Positions 39,623-49,275 of a stretch of DNA of 64,000 nucleotides are shown piece after piece. The stretch's first letter is position 1; every line of letters begins with the position of its first letter. The stretch lies in the NCBI GenBank assembly GCA_040220235.1, contig JAVJTO010000049.1; one strand, 5' to 3'. The notes beneath the pieces are model-generated. The model was given only the letters and a program-made list of their open reading frames with translations, searched no databases and had not been told where the DNA came from. Origin of the DNA: Coleofasciculus sp. B1-GNL1-01 (GTDB lineage: Bacteria > Cyanobacteriota > Cyanobacteriia > Cyanobacteriales > Coleofasciculaceae). A program made the position numbers and the translations under genes.

Positions 39623-41662
39623 ATGACTGATGTAGTTTCCTTGACCAACTCTGAACACAGCGAAAGTATTTCACCCCTAAACACGTCCCCATTATCTCCT
39701 ATTATTCCAGATAATATGCACGTTTTAGAGACCATTGGATTTGATTTAGGACACGGTGAAACAGCCGTTGCTAAAGCGCTAGTGGAGAGCATTGACCCCC
39801 CAGAAATGCTGGAGGTGAATAATAAAAAAGTGCAAATCACCGCCTTAGGCTGGCATCCTGATCTAGGTTATTTGGTGGGGGAACAAGCTTTAATTCAAGT
39901 GGGTGTAACTCAACTGGATATTGCCTTTAAACAAAAACCGAATGCGGATCTAGATTACCGCAAGACTATTCGTCATTTTCTAGAAACCTACTACCATATT
40001 TTGCAAAAAAGCAAACAACTGGAGGGGGAAGAAAAGAGTCATTTTTTCGTCGGTTGTCCCTCTGGCTGGTCAAAGCGCGATCGCCAGGATTATCAAACCC
40101 TCTGTAAAGCCGCTGGAATCCCCCGCCTCAGCGTGGTTCCCGAATCACGGGCAGCATTTATGCAGGCAAAGGAAGCGGGGAAGCTGGACTATGATAAGCT
40201 CAAATCTGCGGTACTGATTATTGATATTGGCTCGTCCACAACCGATTTTACCTTAGTCAAGAGTTTACATGAAATTCCCCTGGATTTTGGCAGTAATACC
40301 CTAGGCGCTTTCCTGATTGACCGAGCAATTTTTGAGCGCACCGTGGCAAACTATGAAGATACCGCCCTATTAAAATGGGTGTTTGAAGAATATCCCCATC
40401 ATAAATCCCGTTGTCTCTTGGCTAGCCGGAAAGCTAAGGAAGATTATTTTTCTAATGAACAAGTCTACAGCCATCCCCAATCCTTTGCCCGTGGCTTTGA
40501 ATCGATTAACGAACAGATTTATTTTATCCCCCAAGTCAATAAAACCGTCATGACGGAGATATTGAATCAACCATTAACAGAATTGGATGGGAAAAGTTGG
40601 ATGGAATCGTTTCGAGAGTCAGTGATTGAGGCAAAAGAAACTCTAGCGAAACAAGGAATAACTCCAAAAGTTATATTAATGACAGGGGGTGCATCACGGA
40701 TGCAATTTACCCGTCAGATTTGCGAAGAAATTTTCCCCGAACCCGCCACCCAGGTGCGCCCAGATCCTGAACCAGAACGGTGTATCGCCCTAGGGTTAGC
40801 ACGAGTCGGACGCTGGGATTTACGGGCGGAAGCGTTTAAAAAAGAAGTGGATCAACGGTTTGATTCTGAGAAACTGAAATCGATTATTGAACGACATATT
40901 CCTGAGTTAATTGAACTGCTGATTAAACCGCTATCTCAGGGGTTAATTGAAAATGCAGTTAAACCCAGTTTACAAGACTGGCGCAGGAATAAAATTCGGA
41001 CATTAGGTGACTTAGAAACTCGGATGAAGCAGCAGGCGGAAGCGTGGATTAAGAATGATTCTCTGGGAAAGAATGGAACTGAATCTGCCCGACAGATTGT
41101 CAAAAATCAATCGATTACCTGGTTTAACAGCAAAATTCAACCCGAATTATCAGTAGAAACTGACCCAATTTGTCAAAGATATCAGATACCCCGAAGTAGT
41201 TTACGATTTGAGGAAGGGATTGATCCGGATGTGGTTAACCCAGAAATCTCCGTGGGCGATGCTATCTTGGCGGATACGGTTTTATTAATTGTTAATCTCG
41301 TGATTGGTGGAGGAACAGTTGGCGGGATTATTGCCTTAATTTTAACCGGGCATTTGGCTTGGCCCCTTTTAGTCATTTATGGGATTTCGGTACTGGCGGC
41401 TGGTGTAGAAATCACTCGCAGCAAAACCCAGGAAGCGATTAAGACAAAATTAGATATTCCGGGTTGGAGTCGTCAATTTCTGTTGAATGATAATAAGATT
41501 AACTCGACGTGTGAGCAAATGAAGCCGGAGTTAGAGAAGGTATTTCGCGAACAACTGATTGAGAACCAGGAGGCATTTGATGAATTAATTAATAAAGTGG
41601 GGCGAGAGTTAAAAAAAGCGCTTAATGCAAAGGCACAAGAGGCGGTAATTTTGATTCAGTAG
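39623..41662 (+). CDS. Atypical Hsp70/actin-fold ATPase with a C-terminal hydrophobic hairpin
   Basis: IGFDLG, VPESRAA, IIDIGSSTTD and MTGGASRM. Confidence 0.85.
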   Translation: MTDVVSLTNSEHSESISPLNTSPLSPIIPDNMHVLETIGFDLGHGETAVAKALVESIDPPEMLEVNNKKVQITALGWHPDLGYLVGEQALIQVGVTQLDIAFKQKPNADLDYRKTIRHFLETYYHILQKSKQLEGEEKSHFFVGCPSGWSKRDRQDYQTLCKAAGIPRLSVVPESRAAFMQAKEAGKLDYDKLKSAVLIIDIGSSTTDFTLVKSLHEIPLDFGSNTLGAFLIDRAIFERTVANYEDTALLKWVFEEYPHHKSRCLLASRKAKEDYFSNEQVYSHPQSFARGFESINEQIYFIPQVNKTVMTEILNQPLTELDGKSWMESFRESVIEAKETLAKQGITPKVILMTGGASRMQFTRQICEEIFPEPATQVRPDPEPERCIALGLARVGRWDLRAEAFKKEVDQRFDSEKLKSIIERHIPELIELLIKPLSQGLIENAVKPSLQDWRRNKIRTLGDLETRMKQQAEAWIKNDSLGKNGTESARQIVKNQSITWFNSKIQPELSVETDPICQRYQIPRSSLRFEEGIDPDVVNPEISVGDAILADTVLLIVNLVIGGGTVGGIIALILTGHLAWPLLVIYGISVLAAGVEITRSKTQEAIKTKLDIPGWSRQFLLNDNKINSTCEQMKPELEKVFREQLIENQEAFDELINKVGRELKKALNAKAQEAVILIQ

Positions 41663-41700
41663 AAAATGCGAGGAAATAATAATCACGCATTCGTTGGAGT

Positions 41701-41826
41701 TTAGGGACAATTTGTAGAGGCGGGTTTAGGGACAATTTGTAGGGGCGGGTTTAGGGACAATTTGTAGGGGCGGGTTTAGGGATTCAATTAGATAGTCACC
41801 GATAAATGAACAACAAAACCCGCCCA
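41701..41826 (+). repeat. Three 25-nt tandem copies of a REP left arm followed by a REP hairpin
   Basis: TTAGGGACAATTTGTAG(A/G)GGCGGGT x3, then ...AAAACCCGCCC. Confidence 0.85.
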
Positions 41827-42180
41827 GATTAACCATAGCTGAAAATAAATTTGACAGGTTTGCCGGACGCACGTCGGTGCGCCCCTACGATGGTGAAATA
41901 GATTTTACAGGTTTTGAATTCGTCATAGAGATGATAGGGATGGCAAAAGTTGTAGGGGCGAGTCGCTGTTCAAATATAGCGGTGTGAAGATTAACTTGTC
42001 TCGACTCGCCCTGGTCTCAATGTACGCCGTGTCAGATAATTACTGATACTTGATGCAGGGCGACCCGATAAAATTGATGGATGGGTTATGTTGATTTTGT
42101 ACGGCGGGTCGCCCCTACAGATATCTTGACCAATAACGCTAAGTGCGATCGCACAACTCGAACCCCCAGATATAATCCTA

Positions 42181-42864
42181 CTACCGCAAGAGTTGCAACG
42201 TCCCCTGAATTCGTTCAAACGCCTGTTGATACACCGCCTCATTGCCACTTCCTTTAGCCAGACGAAGCACAATAATATCTTGACCATCGCGACTGGGAAG
42301 CACAATAGTCTCGAACTCGTACAATCCTGTAGACTGGAATGCGATCGCGTCTTGATTGGCGACCTGTTGCTGAGTATAATTCTGGGGGGATACAAAATAC
42401 TCAGAACGGCTTTCTACCCAGTCTTGTAACGAGAGGCGATCGGGATTACGATAAACCCAAAGGCTAACGTTGGCTGGCAATTCTGTACCCTCAAATTCAT
42501 TTGTCTGCATCGCCTCATAGTCAGCCTGCGTCCATACCTCTACGGTTCCCCGCCGCATTTCAGACTCAGCATCGGACTGTTTATTCGTATCATCAACAAC
42601 AAACCCCTCTGGATACTCGAAGCGAATACCCAAAGACTCGTTTTTATAAGTAGTTTGGCTATCCGTTGACGATGAGTTAGTCTGAGTGGCTGGTTCGGTA
42701 GAACTGGAGGAAGTTACAGATTCAGCAGACGTTCCCGGAGAATTCACCCCAGAGGGAGGTTCTGCTTGACAAGCGATAATCAGTCCCAAACTCACACCGT
42801 ACAATACTCGACCCAAAAACCAGGGGATGCGACTGTTAGTTATCCATTCGCGCTGAATTGACAT
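42181..42864 (-). CDS. Putative lipoprotein, PsbP-like fold
   Basis: Lipobox LIIAC, Ser/Thr linker and YKNESLGIRFEYP. Confidence 0.7.
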   Translation of the reverse strand: MSIQREWITNSRIPWFLGRVLYGVSLGLIIACQAEPPSGVNSPGTSAESVTSSSSTEPATQTNSSSTDSQTTYKNESLGIRFEYPEGFVVDDTNKQSDAESEMRRGTVEVWTQADYEAMQTNEFEGTELPANVSLWVYRNPDRLSLQDWVESRSEYFVSPQNYTQQQVANQDAIAFQSTGLYEFETIVLPSRDGQDIIVLRLAKGSGNEAVYQQAFERIQGTLQLLR

Positions 42865-42873
42865 AAACCATCA

Positions 42874-43056
42874 TTATCTGCCTTTATCTGGTTTTTCTCG
42901 CTTGGGTGGTATCTGTCCGGTTTTTTGAGCTTCTAATACAGCCACCTCAATCAAAAAGGCAGCTAAACTCGCTCTGGGTCTGCCTTGGTTGTCTGCCCAT
43001 TGCTCTAAAGTGTCATAAATATAGTCGGGAATTGTAACGTGAATACGTTTGCTCAC
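42874..43056 (-). CDS. Ribbon-helix-helix (CopG-like) DNA-binding protein
   Basis: SKRIHVTIPD.IY..LEQWA..QGRP.ASLAAFLIE; GTG start at 43056. Confidence 0.8.
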   Translation of the reverse strand: MSKRIHVTIPDYIYDTLEQWADNQGRPRASLAAFLIEVAVLEAQKTGQIPPKREKPDKGR

Positions 43057-43291
43057 TACCAACAGTTGACGTTCATTATCGCTTTTAATCTTACAGGTCT
43101 GCACTCGTAAATAGGGCGTTAGCTACAAATTAGCTACAAAAAAAGCCCAAAGTATGCTATAATTTAGGGCTATTCATTTTTGTGATACTCTTGAAATGAA
43201 CGCGAAACGTTCAAAGTCAGAAGCCAGTCTCGCGCCCTAGACAAGCATCGGACTGGCTCTGGCTCCCACTTACATAGGAGATAATTTCATT

Positions 43292-43696
43292 ATGCTATAT
43301 CAAGAGCGTCTCAAGCCTTGGATTGTGGTTAATCTGCTGCCAAATTTCCAACGAGTCGTTATGGTGGGAAATAACCCCAATTTTTATCCCCATGCTGCGT
43401 CCTATGAATTTGAAGCTTGGCTTTTACCATTTTGGTCAACTATTCAGAAACTGGCTAAACATAACAAGTCGGCTCCCAGTGGCAATCCTGAGAAAGTTAA
43501 TCATGATAATCCGCCTTCCCAGCGAATTAAAGAAATCTTTGAATTAGGGAAAAGTTCCCGGAGTTATAATAAAGCGCGTGATGCAAAAAAAATCTTAGAG
43601 CAAAACGATCTAATGGATGCTATTGAAGCTTGTTCCGAATTAAAGGCGTTTATCAATACAATTTTATCTTTGTCTGGAAGAGACGCAATTCTGTAA
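43292..43696 (+). pseudogene. Chimeric ORF: small-protein N-terminus fused to the C-terminal half of a DUF4276-like protein
   Basis: PH...EFEAWLL...PE.VN...PPS.RI is typical of DUF4276, but its N-terminal half is absent. Confidence 0.55.
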
Positions 43697-43738
43697 CCCA
43701 GGTACAAGTTATTTTATTCAGATAAGTCAAGACTATGC

Positions 43739-44179
43739 CTATCTTTCTTTTCGACGCTGCAATAAAGCATCCATCGCCGGATTAATCAATTCTTGAATCT
43801 CGCCATTTTCCCTGTGAATTACGACCTCAAGCCATTGGTGGCGTGCTATTTCCATCGCCCAGTTAATCGCGGCTTCTTGAGTAGGGAACACTTTAACATT
43901 GTCCTGGATAGCGTCTTGAATAACTGCCCATCCGGCTGCATGAGGTGCTACATGTAACTTAGAATTGAGTTCCTTTTGTACTCGTTCCCGCAGTCCAATC
44001 ACCGTAATACCCACGATGGCTTGGCTGTTCTCATCATATCGAGCAATGACTCCCTCACCAAGTTCTACCGTTAAGGTTGGTAGTGACTGTCCCAAGGACA
44101 GATAGAGAACATCCGCGTCTTGGTCGTAGTGTCCTGTGATCGTGGGAGAATCTTCTAAAATTCTGATTATAGTGTCCAT
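43739..44179 (-). CDS. DUF2283 + DUF2188 fusion protein (putative antitoxin)
   Basis: YDQDADVLY...GVI.RYD...IVGITV (DUF2283) followed by HVAPH..GWAV...F.TQ..AI..A...IHRENG.I (DUF2188). Confidence 0.75.
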   Translation of the reverse strand: MDTIIRILEDSPTITGHYDQDADVLYLSLGQSLPTLTVELGEGVIARYDENSQAIVGITVIGLRERVQKELNSKLHVAPHAAGWAVIQDAIQDNVKVFPTQEAAINWAMEIARHQWLEVVIHRENGEIQELINPAMDALLQRRKER

Positions 44180-44508
44180 ATAATTCGCCTATTGGTTGAG
44201 GGACGCTTTCTAAGATAGGCTGTTATGATATATCCATCGTAACCGCTACGTTCTCGATAAACCACCATCAGATACTTTTGGTTGCCAGGAATTTCCGGAT
44301 AGAGGCGAACCGCGACCAAAGTACTTGTATCATTCCCTTGTTGAATCAAATCCGGATCTTCCAGGGTTTCTAAAATAAAGCTGTAATAAGGTTGCATTTC
44401 AGGATGTCCGTCCGGTCTGATAATATGATCCCACCGCTCACGAGTTAAACGGATGGGAACCCCATTCACTGAACGCCCAATCCATAGTATGTTTTTTCCC
44501 TGTGTCAT
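44167..44508 (-). CDS. DUF4258/RelE-like putative toxin
   Basis: IRLT.ERW.HI...HPEM...TLEDPD...VVYR...GYIITAY; overlaps the DUF2283 gene. Confidence 0.65.
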   Translation of the reverse strand: MTQGKNILWIGRSVNGVPIRLTRERWDHIIRPDGHPEMQPYYSFILETLEDPDLIQQGNDTSTLVAVRLYPEIPGNQKYLMVVYRERSGYDGYIITAYLRKRPSTNRRIIWTL

Positions 44509-44571
44509 TGGGTCTGGAATTTAAGCAATATGACTTATACATTTTGAACATTTTAAGTCGGTTTCTTACTC

Positions 44572-44868
44572 CTATCTAGACCTCGTATTCAGTTCGATGC
44601 GACTGAGAAGGTCAATGATCGCGATTAGCGCTTGGGTGATGACGTAGACGATTAAACAGCCGATTATACCTTGCAACAGCACAACCAGTAAGGGGAAGAC
44701 TACAGCAAGGATGTTTGCTCCAGCAGTGCCAACCTGGAAAAATCCCGTCCCAAACAAAAAAATTAGACTGAAAGCAACAACAAGGAAATAGCCAAAATAC
44801 TGAATTCTTTTCAGATTGGAAATAAATCTTGTATACAGTTTACCTTGCTCAGAATTCCCCTGTGTCAT
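44572..44868 (-). CDS. Small two-TM hypothetical protein
   Basis: Two hydrophobic helices ending IDLL.RIE.NT; ATG at 44868. Confidence 0.65.
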   Translation of the reverse strand: MTQGNSEQGKLYTRFISNLKRIQYFGYFLVVAFSLIFLFGTGFFQVGTAGANILAVVFPLLVVLLQGIIGCLIVYVITQALIAIIDLLSRIELNTRSR

Positions 44869-44960
44869 TTTCCGCCAAACCTTACTTTTACAGCAATGAG
44901 AGTGTCCCCAGCTAGGAAACACTCTCATGCTACTACAAGGTGTGCGATCGCGAAGTCCTT

Positions 44961-46487
44961 CTAAGCGCCGACAGATTCTTTAGCAGCGTACATCACCTCA
45001 AGGGAAATCTCCGTAAACCCTCGCTCCCGGGCAAATTTCTCTGTATTTCGCTTCACTTTACCGCGCACGAAACCAGGAACTTTATTCAATTCCGCTTGCG
45101 CTTCTTTATTCCAATTCAAGTCAGAATCAGCGGAAATTCCTTTGGTAATTACTTCCTTGGTATCATGACCGCCGAAGATTTCCAATAGGTGATCTTCCAT
45201 TCCCAAAGTGAAGGAATTATAGACCAAATCCGCAATCTGATTCGTCCCTTCGTAACCCATAAAGGGTTTATACCCAATCGGGAAGTTTTGAATATGAATC
45301 GGTGCTGCAATCACACCACAGGGAATATCCAACCGCTTACCTACATGGCGTTCCATCTGAGTGCCAAAAATAGCCGACGGTTCAATCCGGGCGATCGCAT
45401 CACCAATTTTGCCGTTATCATCACTAATTAGGATCTCGTCACAGTACTCGCTCACCTGTTCCTTGAACCAGTCCGCGTCGTACTTGCAGTAGGTTCCCGC
45501 TAGTACCACATGAATCCCCATCTCCCGTGCCAAAATCTTGGTCATCGCCGCCGCGTGGGTATTGTCACCAAAGACAACGGCTTTCTTTCCAGTTAAATTC
45601 TGACAGTCAATGGAACGGGAGAACCAAGCGGCTTGGGACACATACAGCGTCTGATTATCAATAAACTCCTCGTAATTGACATCAGCACCTTGCTGGTTGA
45701 GTACCTGCTGAATCTTACGGATACACCGCGCTGTTTCCACGACTCCCATCGGCGTGATATCCACATAAGGCATATCAAACTCGGCTTCCAGGTAACGCGC
45801 CGCCATTGTACCGATTTCCCGATAAGGCACTAAATTAAACCAAGCGCGAGGCAAATTCTTCAGATTGTGAACTGATGCGCCTTCTGGAATCACCTCGTTG
45901 ACTTCAATCCCCAAATCAGCCATTAACCGCTTCAATTCCGTGCAGTCGTGCTGGTTGTGGAAACCGAGAGTGGAAATGCCAATGATGTTCACTGAGGGTT
46001 TTTCCGTCTTCCCTTCGGGTAATTCCCCTTTCTTGTTCGCTTTCTTCAGGTAAAACTGGACGATCTGTTCTAAAGTGCGATCGGCGGCTTGCAGTTCATT
46101 CACCCGATAGTGGTTCACATCTGCCAGCATCACATCGCTGTTGGCTTCAAGTTCGGCGCGTTCGACGAAGTTAGCCAAATCTTCTTGGAGAATGCTGGAG
46201 GTGCAGGTGGGGGTCAATACAATCAAATCCGGGGTGACTTCCTTATCCTTACGGACGATATTGTCCACCACTTTTTCCTGAGAACCCCGTGCTAAAACGT
46301 GCCGATCAACGATGCTGGCGGTGACTGGAGTGTAGTCTCGTTCCCGTTCCAGCATCGATCGCATCACGTTAAAATAATCATCGCCCAGTGGTGCATGCAT
46401 GATCGCGTGGACATTCTTAAACGAACTAGCAACGCGGAGAGTGCCAATGTGAGCCGGACCTGCATACATCCAGTAAGCTAATTTCAT
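44961..46487 (-). CDS. chlB: Light-independent protochlorophyllide reductase subunit B
   Basis: [24 protein letters not shown] and the C-terminal PCP_red domain. Confidence 0.98.
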   Translation of the reverse strand: MKLAYWMYAGPAHIGTLRVASSFKNVHAIMHAPLGDDYFNVMRSMLERERDYTPVTASIVDRHVLARGSQEKVVDNIVRKDKEVTPDLIVLTPTCTSSILQEDLANFVERAELEANSDVMLADVNHYRVNELQAADRTLEQIVQFYLKKANKKGELPEGKTEKPSVNIIGISTLGFHNQHDCTELKRLMADLGIEVNEVIPEGASVHNLKNLPRAWFNLVPYREIGTMAARYLEAEFDMPYVDITPMGVVETARCIRKIQQVLNQQGADVNYEEFIDNQTLYVSQAAWFSRSIDCQNLTGKKAVVFGDNTHAAAMTKILAREMGIHVVLAGTYCKYDADWFKEQVSEYCDEILISDDNGKIGDAIARIEPSAIFGTQMERHVGKRLDIPCGVIAAPIHIQNFPIGYKPFMGYEGTNQIADLVYNSFTLGMEDHLLEIFGGHDTKEVITKGISADSDLNWNKEAQAELNKVPGFVRGKVKRNTEKFARERGFTEISLEVMYAAKESVGA

Positions 46488-46829
46488 ACGAGTTTCTCCC
46501 TTGTATTAGTTGCACAAAGCCCAATTGAGGACGAATGGGCAGTGTTATCGATAAGTTTATGGTTGAGGTCGTTTCTGATTGTCTCAGACTTTTCGCATTT
46601 CGTGAGTAGGTATTTACGCGGATTGTCATGGTGGGAAAATCGCCAAAACCCCTTGAGTGACTGGAATTCAGCCTCCCAAATAAACAACTCTCCTGTTGTT
46701 TATTGCAATTATTCTTAAACTTTCGCGAAATTCCTCAACGTTCTGGTTGCACGCTTAACAGTCCTATGGAGTAATAGCCGATAGGATCTAGGGATAGAGA
46801 CATCAACAGACAAGCGACAATAGCAATCT

Positions 46830-47519
46830 ATGGTTCAAACTTCTTTCCAACAAGAGTCTTTACCTCCAGCGCTTGAAAGTGGCGATCGCTTAAATCGTTA
46901 TGAATTTGAGCGTCGTTATAATGCGATGCATTCTCTCAAGAAAGCTGAACTGATTGAAGGAGTTGTTTACTTGCCTGCTGCACTGCGTTTTAGAAGTCAT
47001 GGTCAACCCCACGCCAATTTAATCTTATGGCTAGGCAATTATCAAGTGGCGACATCTGGGCTTGAGTTGGGGATTGAACCTACCGTTCGTTTAGATTTGG
47101 ATAACGTACCCCAACCTGATGCTGTATTGTTAATTGATGAAAATGCAGGTGGACAGGCGAGACTCAGTGAAGATGATTATATTGAGGGTGCGCCAGAGTT
47201 AGTAGCCGAGATTGCAGCGAGTAGTGTGGCGATTGACTTGCATGATAAGAAACGGGCGTATCGTCGGAATGGGGTGCGAGAATATATTGTTTGGCAAGTG
47301 TGTGAACGGAGGCTTGATTGGTTTTACTTGCAACAGGGGGAGTATGTATCGTTACCCGTGGATGCAGGAAATGTGATCCGGAGTCGAGTGTTTCCCGGAT
47401 TGTGGCTAGCTGCAGGTGATTTGTTAGCAGGAAATATGGCGAGGGTGTTGTCGGTGTTGCAAGAAGGTTTAGCTTCCCCACAATATGCAGCCTTTGTCAA
47501 AGAGTTGACAAAGCAATAG
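46830..47519 (+). CDS. Uma2-family endonuclease-like protein
   Basis: KAELIEG, PQPD, GAPELVAEI and GVREYIVW. Confidence 0.9.
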   Translation: MVQTSFQQESLPPALESGDRLNRYEFERRYNAMHSLKKAELIEGVVYLPAALRFRSHGQPHANLILWLGNYQVATSGLELGIEPTVRLDLDNVPQPDAVLLIDENAGGQARLSEDDYIEGAPELVAEIAASSVAIDLHDKKRAYRRNGVREYIVWQVCERRLDWFYLQQGEYVSLPVDAGNVIRSRVFPGLWLAAGDLLAGNMARVLSVLQEGLASPQYAAFVKELTKQ

Positions 47520-47672
47520 GGAAATTAGTTTGCTCACTATAATAGTATTTGTGAAGAGATAGTGAACGTTAAACTAATGTATAACTTGACGGATAGCCAA
47601 AAATGTCGAGTGGTGCGAACACGCGACAATTTACGAGTTATGATTGAAGCCTAACGGTTTAACGTGCTGACT

Positions 47673-48128
47673 TTATTGATTTGCCTTCAGTGATTTCAGC
47701 AATTGCCTGGGGCGAAATAGTTGGATATCTTGATAGTGATCGGGATAGTGGATAAATAGATAATGTTCGTACTCGTACCAGTGCATTTCACCTTTTTCCC
47801 GATTGCAGCTACGGCAAATGACCCACAGATTTCTAAAGTCTAAGGATAGCCAGGGATATTGCGATCGCGGAAGTTTGTGATCGATGGTTCTTCCACCCAC
47901 ATCGGCAAATCGGCTACCACAAACTGGACAATGCCAATCCGAATTATTTCTCACCCAGTCTTTGCTCTGTTGAGTTGTGCCGCATTCAGCACTACCATTG
48001 ACATAACGCCAGTGATCAAACTTGCGATAGTCTTCTAAATCTTGGTGAGTTAGTTTATGATAACGTTTTTTACCAACCTTATCGGCTACTTTAAAGAGAT
48101 CTTCGAGATTTTTATCCTCAAGGTTCAT
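47673..48128 (-). CDS. HNH endonuclease
   Basis: CPVC...TIDHKLP...NLWVICRSCNREK. Confidence 0.9.
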   Translation of the reverse strand: MNLEDKNLEDLFKVADKVGKKRYHKLTHQDLEDYRKFDHWRYVNGSAECGTTQQSKDWVRNNSDWHCPVCGSRFADVGGRTIDHKLPRSQYPWLSLDFRNLWVICRSCNREKGEMHWYEYEHYLFIHYPDHYQDIQLFRPRQLLKSLKANQ

Positions 48129-48151
48129 GATCGATCGGATTGTGACGTAAT

Positions 48152-48574
48152 TTAGCGATTTTTATAGCGAGATTGCCGTGATGAACGAGACATCTGACTG
48201 TAATCAATTACTTCTACGTCCGTTTCCGGAAATTGCTGGTCAACTAAGTCTGATACTGCATTCACTTCCGCCGCCATTTCTTGATTAAACGCTTCTATTT
48301 CTTCAGGCGTTTGGTATTTTTTACCGATGCGATCAGCTTCTAAGAACAATTCTTCTAAGGTGGGTTGTTCATCCGCGTCCGGCTGAGCCAGTAACTCATT
48401 AATTTTTTGATAGAGCTGAATCACATTATCCCAGCCAACATTTTTATATCCGTTTTCTTTGAGCCAGACTTGATGATTTTTCGGCAATTTACTCCGACGA
48501 ATTGAATTTGAGTGCTGGACTTCACGATAGCCCATACCGCTAAATGTGCGACTTTGGTGTTTTCGCCTTGCCAT
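48152..48574 (-). CDS. Hypothetical protein
   Basis: 140-aa ORF in a tight operon (gaps of 12 and 23 bp). Confidence 0.75.
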   Translation of the reverse strand: MARRKHQSRTFSGMGYREVQHSNSIRRSKLPKNHQVWLKENGYKNVGWDNVIQLYQKINELLAQPDADEQPTLEELFLEADRIGKKYQTPEEIEAFNQEMAAEVNAVSDLVDQQFPETDVEVIDYSQMSRSSRQSRYKNR

Positions 48575-48586
48575 ACTAATTTACCC

Positions 48587-49171
48587 CTACCCTAACGTCC
48601 ACCGAAACAGTCTGATCAACGCTTTGCGAATCTCGCTATCCTCATATTCCAACAACATTTTAGTATCTCGCGCTAACCGTAGTCGAATTTGGTCAACAAT
48701 ATTCTTTAAATCTTTGTTATCTTTTTTAAGTTTTTCATTAGCGTCAACCAACTCATCATTGTGAGTGGTTAGACTCTGCACTTTGCCTGATAATATTTTT
48801 CCCTGATCCGATAACTGCTTAATCTGTGCTTCGAGTTTTTCTTGTTCCTGGGATAGCTGATCCCTGTGAGTGACTAGGGAGGTATTTGACTTCTCTAGCT
48901 TGGCGATATCTTTTTCTAACTTTTCATGCTCTACTTGAAGAGATTTGAGCTTTTTCTGTGCTTGACTCCGCTGCTGACCAAAGTTACGATTATTTTGGCT
49001 GAGTTTTTCATTTTTGGCAATGAATGACTCAACCAGCTTGGTTGCACTCGGTTGATCTTGTAGCAGGTTCAATAACTGTTCACACTCTACCGCAGATAGA
49101 GATTGGGTAATGTTCTTATTAATGCCGTATGTAGATTTCAGCGTATCTTGAAGAGTACTCTTGGTTGGCAT
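48587..49171 (-). CDS. Coiled-coil hypothetical protein
   Basis: Long heptad pattern; GGAGAAGG SD. Confidence 0.8.
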   Translation of the reverse strand: MPTKSTLQDTLKSTYGINKNITQSLSAVECEQLLNLLQDQPSATKLVESFIAKNEKLSQNNRNFGQQRSQAQKKLKSLQVEHEKLEKDIAKLEKSNTSLVTHRDQLSQEQEKLEAQIKQLSDQGKILSGKVQSLTTHNDELVDANEKLKKDNKDLKNIVDQIRLRLARDTKMLLEYEDSEIRKALIRLFRWTLG

Positions 49172-49275
49172 TCACCTTCTCCTTCAGAGGTCTATTTTCA
49201 CTATACCTCACGCAGCGTAGCTGTAATACCGACACTTAACTATTGGGTGTGGGGTGTGGGGATTATGGATACCGA

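Noticed and set aside
44498..44870. Two adjacent genes both starting ATGACACAGGG (MTQG)
   Set aside because: Only about 11 nt are shared, too short to support a duplication
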